Part shown: piece by piece, positions 48,154 through 59,516 of the stretch
How positions within the stretch are numbered: the stretch's first letter is position 1
Layout: every line of letters starts with the position of its first letter
NCBI GenBank assembly: GCA_027923505.1
Contig: BROI01000014.1
Coordinates: forward strand, 682,001-746,000
DNA length: 64,000 nucleotides
DNA from: Mayamaea pseudoterrestris
Lineage: Eukaryota
Direction: 5' to 3'
The notes under the pieces: model-generated
Database searches by the model: none
The model's input: the letters and a program-made list of their open reading frames with translations, nothing else
Told to the model about the DNA's origin: nothing
Program-made: the position numbers and the translations under genes

Positions 48154-49836
48154 ATGGACGGGCTCCCAACTCACTTTGGTCGCGGAGGCGGCCAAAATTA
48201 TGGACGAGGATCTAGTGGGCGTGGATTTCGTGGAAGAGGATCTCAGAGGGGTGGTGGTCGCCCCTTTCCAGGGCGTCATGGAGGCGGACAACGTGGCGGT
48301 CGACAGCAACAGCCATACCATCAAAATCAGCAGCAGTACCAACGACGGCCTCCATTCGAGAACACGGATAACATTGAGGAGATTGGATCTCTTCCATCCA
48401 ACGACGTTCCATGTGTGACGATTGCTGTGGAAGGATGCTGCCATGGGCAACTGGACGCAATCTACCATCGGATCCAAAGGCACGAGCAAGATACTGGCCA
48501 AACGGTCGACTTGCTGCTTTGCTGCGGAGACTTTCAGTCGCTTCGAAACTTGGCAGATTTCCATTCCCTCGCCGTGCCACCAAAGTACAGGGCGCTGGGC
48601 GACTTTCATGCGTACTACTCGGGAGCAAAGCAAGCTCCAAAACTCACCATTTTTGTCGGTGGCAATCATGAAGCGTCGCAAGCATTGCAGGAGCTGCCCT
48701 ACGGCGGATGGGTTGCGCCGAATATATACTACCTGGGATGGGCTGGCATTGTGAACTTTAAGGGATTGCGCATTGGAGGTATCAGCGGCATTTACAAGTC
48801 TCACGACTACTGCAAGGGCCACTACGAGGTTCCTCCGTTCGACCGAGACACGCTCCGCAGCGTCTATCACGTGCGGAACGTGGACGTACATCGAATGCTA
48901 AGCTTGTCAGCCACAAGTAAGCGACTGGATGTTTGCATGAGTCACGATTGGCCGCTGGGTGTCGAGCAGCACGGTGACACAGACAAGCTACTCCGCACCA
49001 AGCCCTTCTTCCGGCAGGAAGTGGAGCGAAACGAACTTGGCAGTCCACCCAATCGGGAGATTCTGAATCACTTGAAGCCTCGTTATTGGTTTAGTGCACA
49101 CTTGCATGTCAAGTTTCATGCGACGGTCCATCATGGTAGAAGCAACACAAAAGAAAAAGCGTCGAACACATTGCTGGTGCCGTCGCAGGCCATGATTCCC
49201 AAAGCGTCAGACGAATCACCAACGACACAATTTGTCGCAGCCGAATCAATTGACCCATGTTTAGGACCTGATCTTTCGGAGCAAATGACGCGCTTTCTTT
49301 CACTCGACAAGTGTCTGCCCCGACGACCATATTTATCTATCGTACACGTTCCAGTTGTAAAGAATTGCTCTGGTCAGCCGCAGCTTGAATATGACGTCGA
49401 GTGGTTGGCCTTGTTAGTAAAAACGCACGAGCTTACCAGGGCTGATGCTGGGCGCGTTGTTATTTCTGACAATCCGTGCTCGGTAACGCCGCACGAGATG
49501 GAACAAGTTCGTCAACGCATTGGACCTTCGTTAACCATACCGAAAGAGTGTGAGCTGACAGTACCACCGCACCTTGGTCCAGTCAGCCCGTTGCCTCATC
49601 GTCTACCACCTCCGCTACCGCGGCAAGGAAATCCCCAGACTGATCGATTTTTGAATATGCTGGGACTATCGCACATTGTGACTGTGCCTTGTGCTAATGT
49701 GGATGTGAACGAAGGAGCAAGCATCGAGGATGAGAACGAGATTGATCTTAATGCTGGTGACGATGACGACAATGGTCGTTCGACCGATTTGGATGAGGGC
49801 GATGATTCAAAACGGCCAAGGTTAGGATCAGCTTAG
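48154..49836 (+). CDS. DBR1: RNA lariat debranching enzyme
   Basis: [69 protein letters not shown]-rich N-terminus. Confidence 0.95.
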   Translation: MDGLPTHFGRGGGQNYGRGSSGRGFRGRGSQRGGGRPFPGRHGGGQRGGRQQQPYHQNQQQYQRRPPFENTDNIEEIGSLPSNDVPCVTIAVEGCCHGQLDAIYHRIQRHEQDTGQTVDLLLCCGDFQSLRNLADFHSLAVPPKYRALGDFHAYYSGAKQAPKLTIFVGGNHEASQALQELPYGGWVAPNIYYLGWAGIVNFKGLRIGGISGIYKSHDYCKGHYEVPPFDRDTLRSVYHVRNVDVHRMLSLSATSKRLDVCMSHDWPLGVEQHGDTDKLLRTKPFFRQEVERNELGSPPNREILNHLKPRYWFSAHLHVKFHATVHHGRSNTKEKASNTLLVPSQAMIPKASDESPTTQFVAAESIDPCLGPDLSEQMTRFLSLDKCLPRRPYLSIVHVPVVKNCSGQPQLEYDVEWLALLVKTHELTRADAGRVVISDNPCSVTPHEMEQVRQRIGPSLTIPKECELTVPPHLGPVSPLPHRLPPPLPRQGNPQTDRFLNMLGLSHIVTVPCANVDVNEGASIEDENEIDLNAGDDDDNGRSTDLDEGDDSKRPRLGSA

Positions 49837-50329
49837 AGCTTGTTTTCGCTATCGAGTACATATTTTTAGCGTGCACTGGTGGCATGAATGGCTTCGATTT
49901 CAATGACCCCTAGGTTCAGTGAATAGAAAGTTTCTCGTGTCCGTGTGTCCGTCGATGACGCTTTTAACTGTAAACTGCGACAATGGAACATTAACATGAC
50001 GAAACGCTATGGATGCTAAACGTCAATAAGAATTCTTTGGTCATTGCATCCGCCAAGGTAGTTGTCAATCATCAATGAACCACACTTACACCTCCACCCA
50101 GACGGCCATATACAGCCTAATATTGGTTAGATGGCAATAAAACAAAGACAATTAGAAAGTGGTTTGAATAAAGAGATAACAATATATGACGCATTTTGTC
50201 AGTGTTAATTAAAAGTTACAGCCCATGCAATGGCACACCTTCAATTTGTGACCATGCTGCCTTCATTCAGATCGCCATAGATTGAGTCAAATAATTAATT
50301 TGTATAAGATTCACAAAGTCTCCTGGATT

Positions 50330-50752
50330 GCTTGTCACCAAGGACAGCCAAAGCGTCGACCACCACACCTTTGTGGTTCTCTCCTAGCACTCAACCTAGC
50401 AGCTTGCCATCAATTGTGCCATCTAGTGACCCAAACGCTAAGCCTAGTGTGTCACCTAGTGCAGGACCCAGTCTCCTCTCCAGTGCCGCACCAGGCTTGT
50501 TCCCCCTGTGGTTCCAAGTTTGTTTCCCAGCACTTAACCTAGCAGCTTGCCATCAAGTGACCCAATCGCCAAGCCCAGTGCGTCACCTAGTGCTGGACCC
50601 AATCTCCTGGATAGTCAACTTGTCACCAAAGACAGCTGGAGCATCAACCACCACATCTTTGTGGTTGTTAACCTAGCAGCTTGCCATCAAGTGTGCCATC
50701 AATTGACCCACACGCCAAGCCCAGTGCGTCACCTAGTGCTCGTACCAATTAC
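50330..50752 (+). repeat. Degenerate repeats flanking the satellite; PSxxPS mucin-like coding relic
   Basis: aacctagcagcttgccatcaa occurs three times (~50393, ~50536, ~50670); gccaagcccagtgcgtcacctagtgc-like motif occurs three times; translates as PSTQPSSLPSIVPSSDPNAKPSVSPS with frameshifts. Confidence 0.7.
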
Positions 50753-53700
50753 CCTGTAGGTGCCCAAAATACACCAGAATGGTGCCAGCATCATTATTCC
50801 GGCTGCGCTACAAGATGGTAGGCTTGGCTGGTGTCTCAGGGGATGGCAATGTATTTGGTGACAACTTGTCACCAGTCTCAGCCCACAGATGCCATGACAT
50901 TCAAACGCCCCTACAGCAAGCCCTTTGGGTGCCCAAAATACACCAGAATGGTGCCAACATCATTATTCAGGCTGCGCTACAAGATGGTAGGCTTGGCTGG
51001 TGTCTCAGGGGATGTCAATGTATTTGGTAAAAACTTGTCACCAGTCTCAGCCCGCAGATGCCGTGACATTCAAACGGCCCTACAGCAAGCCCTGTCGGTG
51101 CCCAAAATACACCAGAATGGTGCCAACATCATTATTCAGGCTGCGCTACAAGATGGTAGGCTTGGCTGGTGTCTCAGGGGATGGCAATGTATTTGGTGAC
51201 AACTTGTCACCAGTCTCAGCCCGCAGATGCCGTGACATTCAAACACCCCTACAGCAAGCCCTGTGGGTGCCCAAAAATACACCAGAATGGTGCCAACAAC
51301 ATTATTCAGGCTGCGCTACAAGATGGTAGGCTTGGCTGGTGTCTCAGGGGATGGCAATGTATTTGGTGACAACTGTACCAGCTCACCAGCTACATTCAAC
51401 GGCACCACCACCCCTGAGTGCCCAAAAACACCAATGGTGCCAACATCATTTTCTAGTGGACATTTCATGTATAAAACAACGCCCAAACACCTACAGCAAG
51501 CCCTGTAGGTGCCCAAAATACACCAGAATGGTGCCAACATCATTGTTCAGGCTGCGCTACAAGATGATAGGCTTGGCTGGTGTCTCAGGGGATGGCAATG
51601 TATTTGGTGACAACTTGTCACCAGTCTCAGCCCACAGATGCCCACCACAGAGGCCCATGCACATTCAAACGCCCCTACAGCAAGCCCTGCCCCAGAGACC
51701 CACCACCCTGTGGGTGCCCAAAATACACCATAATGGTGCCAACATCATTATTCAGGCTGCGCTACAAGATGGTAGGCTCAGCTGGTGTCTCAGGGGATGG
51801 CAATGTTCTTGGTGACAACTTGTCACCAGTCTCAGCCCGCAGATGCCGTGACATTCAAACGCCCCTACAGCAAGCCCTGTGGGTGCCCAAAATACACCAG
51901 AATGGTGCCAACATTATTGTTCAGGCTGCGCTACAAGATGATAGGCTTGGCTGGTGTCTCAGGGGATGGCAATGTATTTGGTGACAACTTGTCACCAGTC
52001 TCAGCCCACAGATGCCATGACATTCAGACACTCCTACAGCAGGCCCTGTAGGTGCCCAAAACACACCAGAATGGTGCCAACATCATTATTCCTGCTGCGC
52101 TACAAGACGGTAGGCGTGGCTGGTGTCTCAGGGGATGGCAATGTATTTGGTGACAACTTGTCACCAGTCTCAGCCCGCAGATGCCATCACATTCAGACAC
52201 TCCTACAGCAGGCCCTGTAGGTGCCCAAAACACACCAGAATGGTGCTAACATCATGATTCCTGCTGCGCTACAAGACGGTAGGTGTGGCTGGTGTCTCAG
52301 GGGATGGCAATGTATTTGGTGACAACTTGTCACCAGTGTCTGCCCGCAGATGCCATGACATTCAAATGCCCCTACACCAAGCCCTGTGGGTGCCCAAAAT
52401 ACACAAGAATGGTGCCAACACCATTATCCAGGCTGCGCTACAAGATGGTAGGCTTGGCTGGTGTCTCAGGGGATGGCAATGTATTTGGTGACAACTTGTC
52501 ACCAGTCTCTGCCCACAGATGCCCTGACATTCAAACGCCCCTACACCAAGCCCTGTGGGTGCCCAAAATACACTAGAATGGTGCCAACATCATTATTCAG
52601 GCTGCGCTACAAGATGGTAGGCTTGGCTGGTGTCTCAGGGGATGGCAATGTATTTGGTGACAACTTGTCACCAGTCTCAGCCCCCAGGTGCCATGACATT
52701 CAAACGCCCCTACAGCAAGCCCTGTGGGTGTCCAAAATACACCAGAATGGTGCCAACATCATTATTCAGGCTGCGCTACAAGATGGTAGGCTTGGCTGGT
52801 GTCTCAGGGGATGGCAATGTATTTGGTGACAACTTGTCACCAGTCTCAGCCCGCAGATGCCGTGACATTCAAACGGCCCTACAGCAAGCCCTGTGGGTGG
52901 CCAAAATACACCAGAATGGTGCCAACATCATTATTCAGGCTGAGCTACAAGATGGTAGGCTTGGCTGGTGTCTCAGGGGATGGCAATGTATTTGGTGACA
53001 ACTTGTCACCAGTCTCAGCCCGCAGATGCCGTGACATTCAAAACACCCCTACAGCAAGCCCTGTGGGTGCCCAAAATACACCAGAATGGTGCCAACATCA
53101 TTATTCAGGCTGCGCTACAAGACGGTAGGCGTGGCTGGTGTCTCAGGGGATGGCAATGTATTTGGTGACAACTTGTCACCAGTCTCAGCCCGCAGATGCC
53201 ATCACATTCAGACACTCCTACAGCAGGCCCTGTAGGTGCCCAAAACACACCAGAATGGTGCTAACATCATGATTCCTGCTGCGCTACAAGACGGTAGGTG
53301 TGGCTGGTGTCTCAGGGGATGGCAATGTATTTGGTGACAACTTGTCACCAGTGTCTGCCCGCAGATGCCATGACATTCAAATGCCCCTACACCAAGCCCT
53401 GTGGGTGCCCAAAATACACAAGAATGGTGCCAACACCATTATCCAGGCTGCGCTACAAGATGGTAGGCTTGGCTGGTGTCTCAGGGGATGGCAATGTATT
53501 TGGTGACAACTTGTCACCAGTCTCTGCCCACAGATGCCCTGACATTCAAACGCCCCTACACCAAGCCCTGTGGGTGCCCAAAATACACTAGAATGGTGCC
53601 AACATCATTATTCAGGCTGCGCTACAAGATGGTAGGCTTGGCTGGTGTCTCAGGGGATGGCAATGTATTTGGTGACAACTTGTCACCAGTCTCAGCCCCC

Positions 53701-55776
53701 AGGTGCCATGACATTCAAACGCCCCTACAGCAAGCCCTGTGGGTGTCCAAAATACACCAGAATGGTGCCAACATCATTATTCAGGCTGCGCTACAAGATG
53801 GTAGGCTTGGCTGGTGTCTCAGGGGATGGCAATATATTTGGTGACAACTTGTCACCAGTCTCAACCCGCAGATGCCGTGACATTCAAACGGCCCTACAGC
53901 AAGCCCTGTGGGTGGCCAAAATACACCAGAATGGTGCCAACATCATTATTCAGGCTGAGCTACAAGATGGTAGGCTTGGCTGGTGTCTCAGGGGATGGCA
54001 ATGTATTTGGTGACAACTTGTCACCAGTCTCAGCCTGCAGATGCCGTGACATTCAAAACACCCCTACAGCAAGCCCTGTGGGTGCCCAAAATACACCAGA
54101 ATGGTGCCAACATCATTATTCAGGCTGCGCTACAAGATGGTAGGCTTGGCTGGTGTCTCAGGGGATGGCAATGTATTTGGTGACAACTTGTCACCAGTCT
54201 CAGCCCGCAGATGCCGTGACATTCAAACGGCCCTACAGCAAACCCTGTGGGTGCTCAAAATACACCAGAATGGTGCCAACATCATTATTCAGGCTGCGCT
54301 ACAAGATGGTAGGCTTGGCTGGTGTCTCAGGGGATGGCAATGTATTTGGTGACAACTTGTCACCAGTCTCAGCCCGCAGATGCCGTGACATTCAAACGCC
54401 CCTACAGCAAGCCCTGTGGGTGCCCAAAATACACGAGAATGGTGCTAACATCATGATTCAGGCTGCGCTACAAAATGGTAGGCTTGGCTGGTGTCTCAGG
54501 GGATGGCAATGTATTTGGTGACAACTTGTCACCAGTCTCAGCCCGCAGATGCCATAACATTCAGACACACCTACAGCAGGCCCTGTAGGTGCCCAAATTA
54601 CATCAGAATGGTGCCAACATCATTATTCAGGCTGCACTAAAAAATGGTAGGCTTGGCTGGTGTCTCAGGGGTTGGCAATGTATTGTGTGACAACTTGTCA
54701 CCAGTCTCAGCCCACAGATGCCGTGACATTCAAACGCCCCTACATCAAGCCCTGTGGGTGCCCAAAATACACCAGAATGGTGCCAACATTATTATTCAGG
54801 CTGCGCTACAAGATGGTAGGCTTGGCTGGTGTCTCAGGGGATGACAATGTATTTGGTGACAACTTGTCACCAGTCTCAGCCTGCAGATGCCGTGACATTC
54901 AAACGCCCCTACAGCAAGCCTTGTGGGTGCCCAAAATACACCAGAATGGTGCCAACATCATTATTCAGGCTGCGCTACAAGATGGTAGGCTTGGCTGGTG
55001 TCTCAGGGATGGCAATGTAATTGGTGACAACTTGTCACCAGTCTCAGCCCGCAGATGCCATGACATTCAAACGCCCCTACAGCAAAGCCCTGTAGGTGCC
55101 CAAAATACACCAGAATGGTGCCAACATCATTATTCAGGCTGCGCTACAAGATGGTAGGCTTGGCTGGTGTCTCAGGGGATGGCAATGTATTTGGTGACAA
55201 CTTGTCACCAGTCTCTGCCCGCAGATGCTGTGACATTCAAACGCCCCTACAGCAAGCCCTGTGGGTGCCCAAAATACACCAGAATGGTGCCAACATCATT
55301 ATACAGGCTGCGCTACAAGGTGGTAGGCTTGGCTGGTGTCTCAGGGGATGACAATGTATTTGGTGACAACTTGTCACCAGTCTCAGCCTGCAGATGCCGT
55401 GACATTCAAATGCCCCTACAGCAAGCCTTGTGGGTGCCCAAAATACACCAGAATGGTGCCAACATCATTATTCAGGCTACGCTACAAGATGGTAGGCTTG
55501 GCTGGTGTCTCAGGGGATGGCAATGTATTTGGTGACAACTTGTCACCAGTCTCAGCCCACAGATGCCGTGACATTCAAACGCCCCTACAGCAAAGTCCTG
55601 TAGGTGCCCAAATTACACCAGAATGGTGCCAACATCATTATTCAGGCTGCGCTACAAGATGGTAGGCTTGGCAGGTGTCTCAGGGGATGGCAATGTATTT
55701 GGTGACAACTTGTCACCAGTCTCTGCCCGCAGATGCCGTGACATTCAAACACCCCTACAGCAAGCCCTGTGGGTGC
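50752..55776. repeat. Tandem satellite array, ~29 copies of a 169-bp monomer with higher-order repeats
   Basis: Monomer gtgcccaaaatacaccagaatggtgccaacatc...tggtgacaacttgtcacca...cctacagcaagccctgtgg recurs at 50760, 50929, 51098, 51267, 51509, 51714 ... 55604; last copy truncated at 55776. Confidence 0.98.
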
Positions 55777-56065
55777 TCCGGCTCAGGGCGGATGCTTCGA
55801 GGAGACTGCCTTGGGGACACTCATAAGATACCCTTATGAGTACACTGTGATCGATAGTCACGTCATCAGTGGTGCGGGAGAGAAGAATGGGAACAGCTAC
55901 CGACAACGGGCAGACCACATGCCAATGTTGATCGGGTTGCCTCCCATTCCTTTGGTTAGCTTGCCGACCTTGTTGTTGTCTAGCAAGCTCTCTGTTGTTT
56001 GTTCTTGCCTTTGTTGCTCGAACCGCGTTTTCTTTGCTCCCTATTTCTCTCGTTTTCTCTCGATC

Positions 56066-59000
56066 ATGACGCTCGTCCGTTTCCCTGGAGCTCTCAAAGA
56101 GTTTGGGGGCGCTTCGCCTGCTTTCCGTTTGCCGATCCAAACCAAAGCCTCGACTACGTGGCTTGCGAAGGAGACGCCCAAGAAAGAGGAGAGAGCTGCA
56201 GCTATGGCGTTGCAGATTGACGGTTGGACGGAAGGGCAGGCGGTCCTGACAAAAGAGGAGGTATACGCCCTGAACAAGGAGATGACCATGCAGGAAGGCC
56301 TCGACGGCGATGGAAAGCACTTGTGGCTCGGAACCCCTACTCGCCTCAAGATGTTGGCAACGGAAAACATTGGAGGAATCTTGACTTTATCCTCGCTTCG
56401 CAAGCAGTTTTCGGGAGCCGGAGAGCCCGAGGCTGATGGATCGACCCTTGGACACGAGCAATTGGCAATCATTTGCTCAGCCATGCCGTCAGGCACAGCG
56501 CTTGGACAGAAATACATTCTAGAAGATACAAAGCTCGGCCATTTGGTTACCAATGGACCAGAGATGGAACCTGAGGGGCTCTCGGATGCAGACGATCCGT
56601 TTGCGCCGACACTGGCGCTATCACCCAGCGGCTTCGACGCGCCTCCAGCAGTGAATCCCATCCTTGCAAGCCTCTCGCGTCAAACACGGGCGCCTTTGCA
56701 AGCAACACGCGAGGAGTGGTTCGAGGAGATCAAAATGGACATGGCTATTTTCCCACGCGGTGACAAGCTTCTACAGCCAGTCATGCTGTGCATCCACGAG
56801 GACGAATTGCCCGACGAGGCGTCGTTTGAGCATGAAATGATTGGTGGTCGGGGACACTGGCAAGGACCGCCTACTTATCAGTATGGCGAGACACCGGTAT
56901 CGGCGTACGCAACAGAACAGGAGCTACAGGAGTCGACGACAAAGATTGTACCATTCGGACGATGCTTCTTTCTTCCTCCAAATCATGGCATGCCCGTCGG
57001 TTTGCCATTCGACCCATCGGTTTGCGCGACAGCCGGACAGTTGAAAGCCCACTGCGTGGCCTTTACAGGTGTACCAGGGGAAGTATACGACTGGATGGAC
57101 GACAATCTCCTCCTCACTGTATGGCTCAAGGGATGCCGCGAGAGCGCAAACGAGATGAAGACGGAAACGTGGCTCATGTCGCAAGCGACATCGACGTGGG
57201 ACGCCTGGAAGCAGAAAACTTCTTTGCTTGCCCAACAAACATTCCATCACCCAGAGCTCATGATTCGCTCGCGTATCTTGTGGGACCACTTGGTGCACAC
57301 ATTGGAACCTAACTGGCGAGACAAGCTCCTTTTGCTGGGCCAGAACGCACAGACGATATTCCGCAACTCGCCGTTAATCGCAAAGTTTCACGAGCCGCGC
57401 ATGGAAAACATGTGGTACCTCGCAGGTCTATTGAATATTAAAACGTCCAATTGGTGTAAACAATTTGAGATCAATTTTCTCCACCAAGGATTACCAACCT
57501 GGCTGGACCGCTTTGCTCGAGTGGACATTTCGGCCACTACATCAGCAGCTGACTTGGCCAAGCTTCGGATTGTTACAAAGGCAGCCCACATGGAAAACAA
57601 CACGCCCGGCTCTGCAGCAACGACGCGATCGAGAATCCCAATCGGAGACTTAGTTGCACATGTTTTTAACGACCGATTTGGAGCGGGTGTTGGATCTCCT
57701 CTGCAGCTGAAACAGTCCGACCCAGACAGAAACCCACCGTCCTGGTATGACGACGAACGCAAAAAGAGAGCAGAAGGCCAGCCAGGAACAGCTAAAACCC
57801 TGTTCCATGCGCAAAGCTATCATAACAGCAGTGGCGATGGTGATTCTGTAGAATACGTGGGCTCTAAGCGTCCACCAATTGCCAACAGCGGATGAAACTG
57901 CCTCAGCGAAACAATACACGAGCGGTGGCCTTCAAGCAAATCACTTGCTTACCATTGACAAGTAACGACACAAATGGAAAGCACATGACAGACAGCATGG
58001 CTACCAAGGCGCCGATGGACCATACTTCCACGAGACGGGAAGACTCAAAGCATCTTCGCGCGACCCATACGTAAAGGGCGCCCTGCTCAATTCAGTTACC
58101 CAACTCGCTCACTTGGGAGCCTTTGCTGTTCCACCGGCCGTTTGCATGGGTCCACCTTCCATCGAAGGCGTTCCAGTAGTGTTTCCAGACTACTCAATGA
58201 TGCTTCCGGGGCTCGTGAGTAAGCAATATTGCGCCAATGTGATCCATTCTCGCAACCACCCGGCCGATATCCATCAGGCGGGAAACTTTCTACAGACCGA
58301 ATACGAGGCTACTTTACGATCCTCTTTTACTACTTACTTCCGGCCTCTCTTCGAGGGCGACACATTCTACACAAAGGGTGAAATACTCAAAGCGCTGCAG
58401 TCTGGAGTCGTCTCCGCGGGTACAAGTTTCCAAGCCACGCCTGCGGGCATTGGCGCGGGCATCACACCCTACCACTTTCTGCCGACCATTCTTGGCAATA
58501 CATTTCGTCTACCCATGGATGGCATCATCTGCAATAAAATGGTTCAATTGATCAAGAACATGGGCTGGTGGCTGCACGTCGTTTTCCATTTTCCGAGTCG
58601 CTTCCGTCACTTACAGCAATTAAACGATGAACTCTCTCCCTTCATGGTCTCGGCTCCTCTGGCAGGACAGTTACACTGGCTCATTGAACATCTCTCCAAG
58701 AGTCAGTCCCAACAAGCATGGGACAGAATGCCGGCTCGCCATCGAGTGGCAGCGACCAACGCCGTCATGGTCAGTCTCAGCAGCCTCATTCAAATATTCC
58801 TTGATTGGGCGGTAACGCACACTATGGAACAGCACTGCCTTCCAGTTTTCCTCTGGGAAGAACCTTCGCGTTCAGATCTGTGTGTTTTCGAAACAACCAT
58901 TCGCGTACGGGACTATGCGACTCTACAAACAGTTCTCCACGACTGGCGAAAGGAATGCACCAGCTCATTCAATGCCACAGTCTTCACAGCCCACACGTTA

Positions 59001-59516
59001 CCAATAAATGCGTTCTACAGTCGGGCTATATTGCCGGATATTCAACCAGCTCGGCCTTTACAGCAGCCAGCAAACCCTCCGACGCGACCGGATCGAGTCG
59101 GTGCTCTCGGCAATCCTCACCAGAATCCATCTCAGCAACAGCAGCCGTCACAGCAGCCGCAAAGACAACTGCAGCCCAATGTTGGTACGTATCGCCGAGC
59201 GCCAGTGCCGTTAATTCGTTTTGTCGACATACCAGAACCCTCCGTTCGCAATGTCAAGGACACATTGGGGTCTTGGACACGTGCTCAAATTTCGGCGCCC
59301 ATCCTGCAAGGGAAACAAGTGTGCTTCCCTTTCATTATAGCGGGCATGCAAGGCTGCAACTCAGCCAATTGTCAGCGCTGCGAAATAGACATTCGGCAAA
59401 CACAACAGCCATGGACTCGCGAAAACTTGCTGCCATTGACCAATTTTCTAAATCGCGGCCCAGTCAAAGCAAAGTTCCAGCCGACCGCCGAATACACACG
59501 CATTACATCTTCCTGA
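56066..59516 (+). pseudogene. ORF1 (gag-like) of the element, split into 56066-57895 and ~57852-59516 by a frameshift and TAA at 57963-57965
   Basis: Long ORFs in the expected position; C-terminal Q/P linker then CFPF-x7-C-x4-C-x2-C finger; downstream frame open from 57852 apart from one TAA. Confidence 0.6.

Noticed and set aside
48094..48891. 265-aa antisense ORF over DBR1 (and similar antisense ORFs elsewhere)
   Set aside because: Shadow ORFs opposite well-supported genes with no motifs
48154..49836. Functional link between DBR1 (a Ty1 host factor in yeast) and the neighbouring retroelement
   Set aside because: DBR1 is an ordinary housekeeping gene and adjacency alone is not evidence
50752..55776. 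CRISPR array
   Set aside because: Whole 169-bp units repeat with no unique spacers; no cas genes; eukaryotic context
50779..55826. Many 60-165-aa ORFs (MSQGMAMYLV...)
   Set aside because: They arise from translating a 3n+1 tandem repeat, cycle through frames and hit stops
55769..56065. N-terminal 99 aa of the 708-aa ORF
   Set aside because: Starts at a GTG inside the satellite and crosses the structured, pyrimidine-rich leader; ATG 56066 is more plausible
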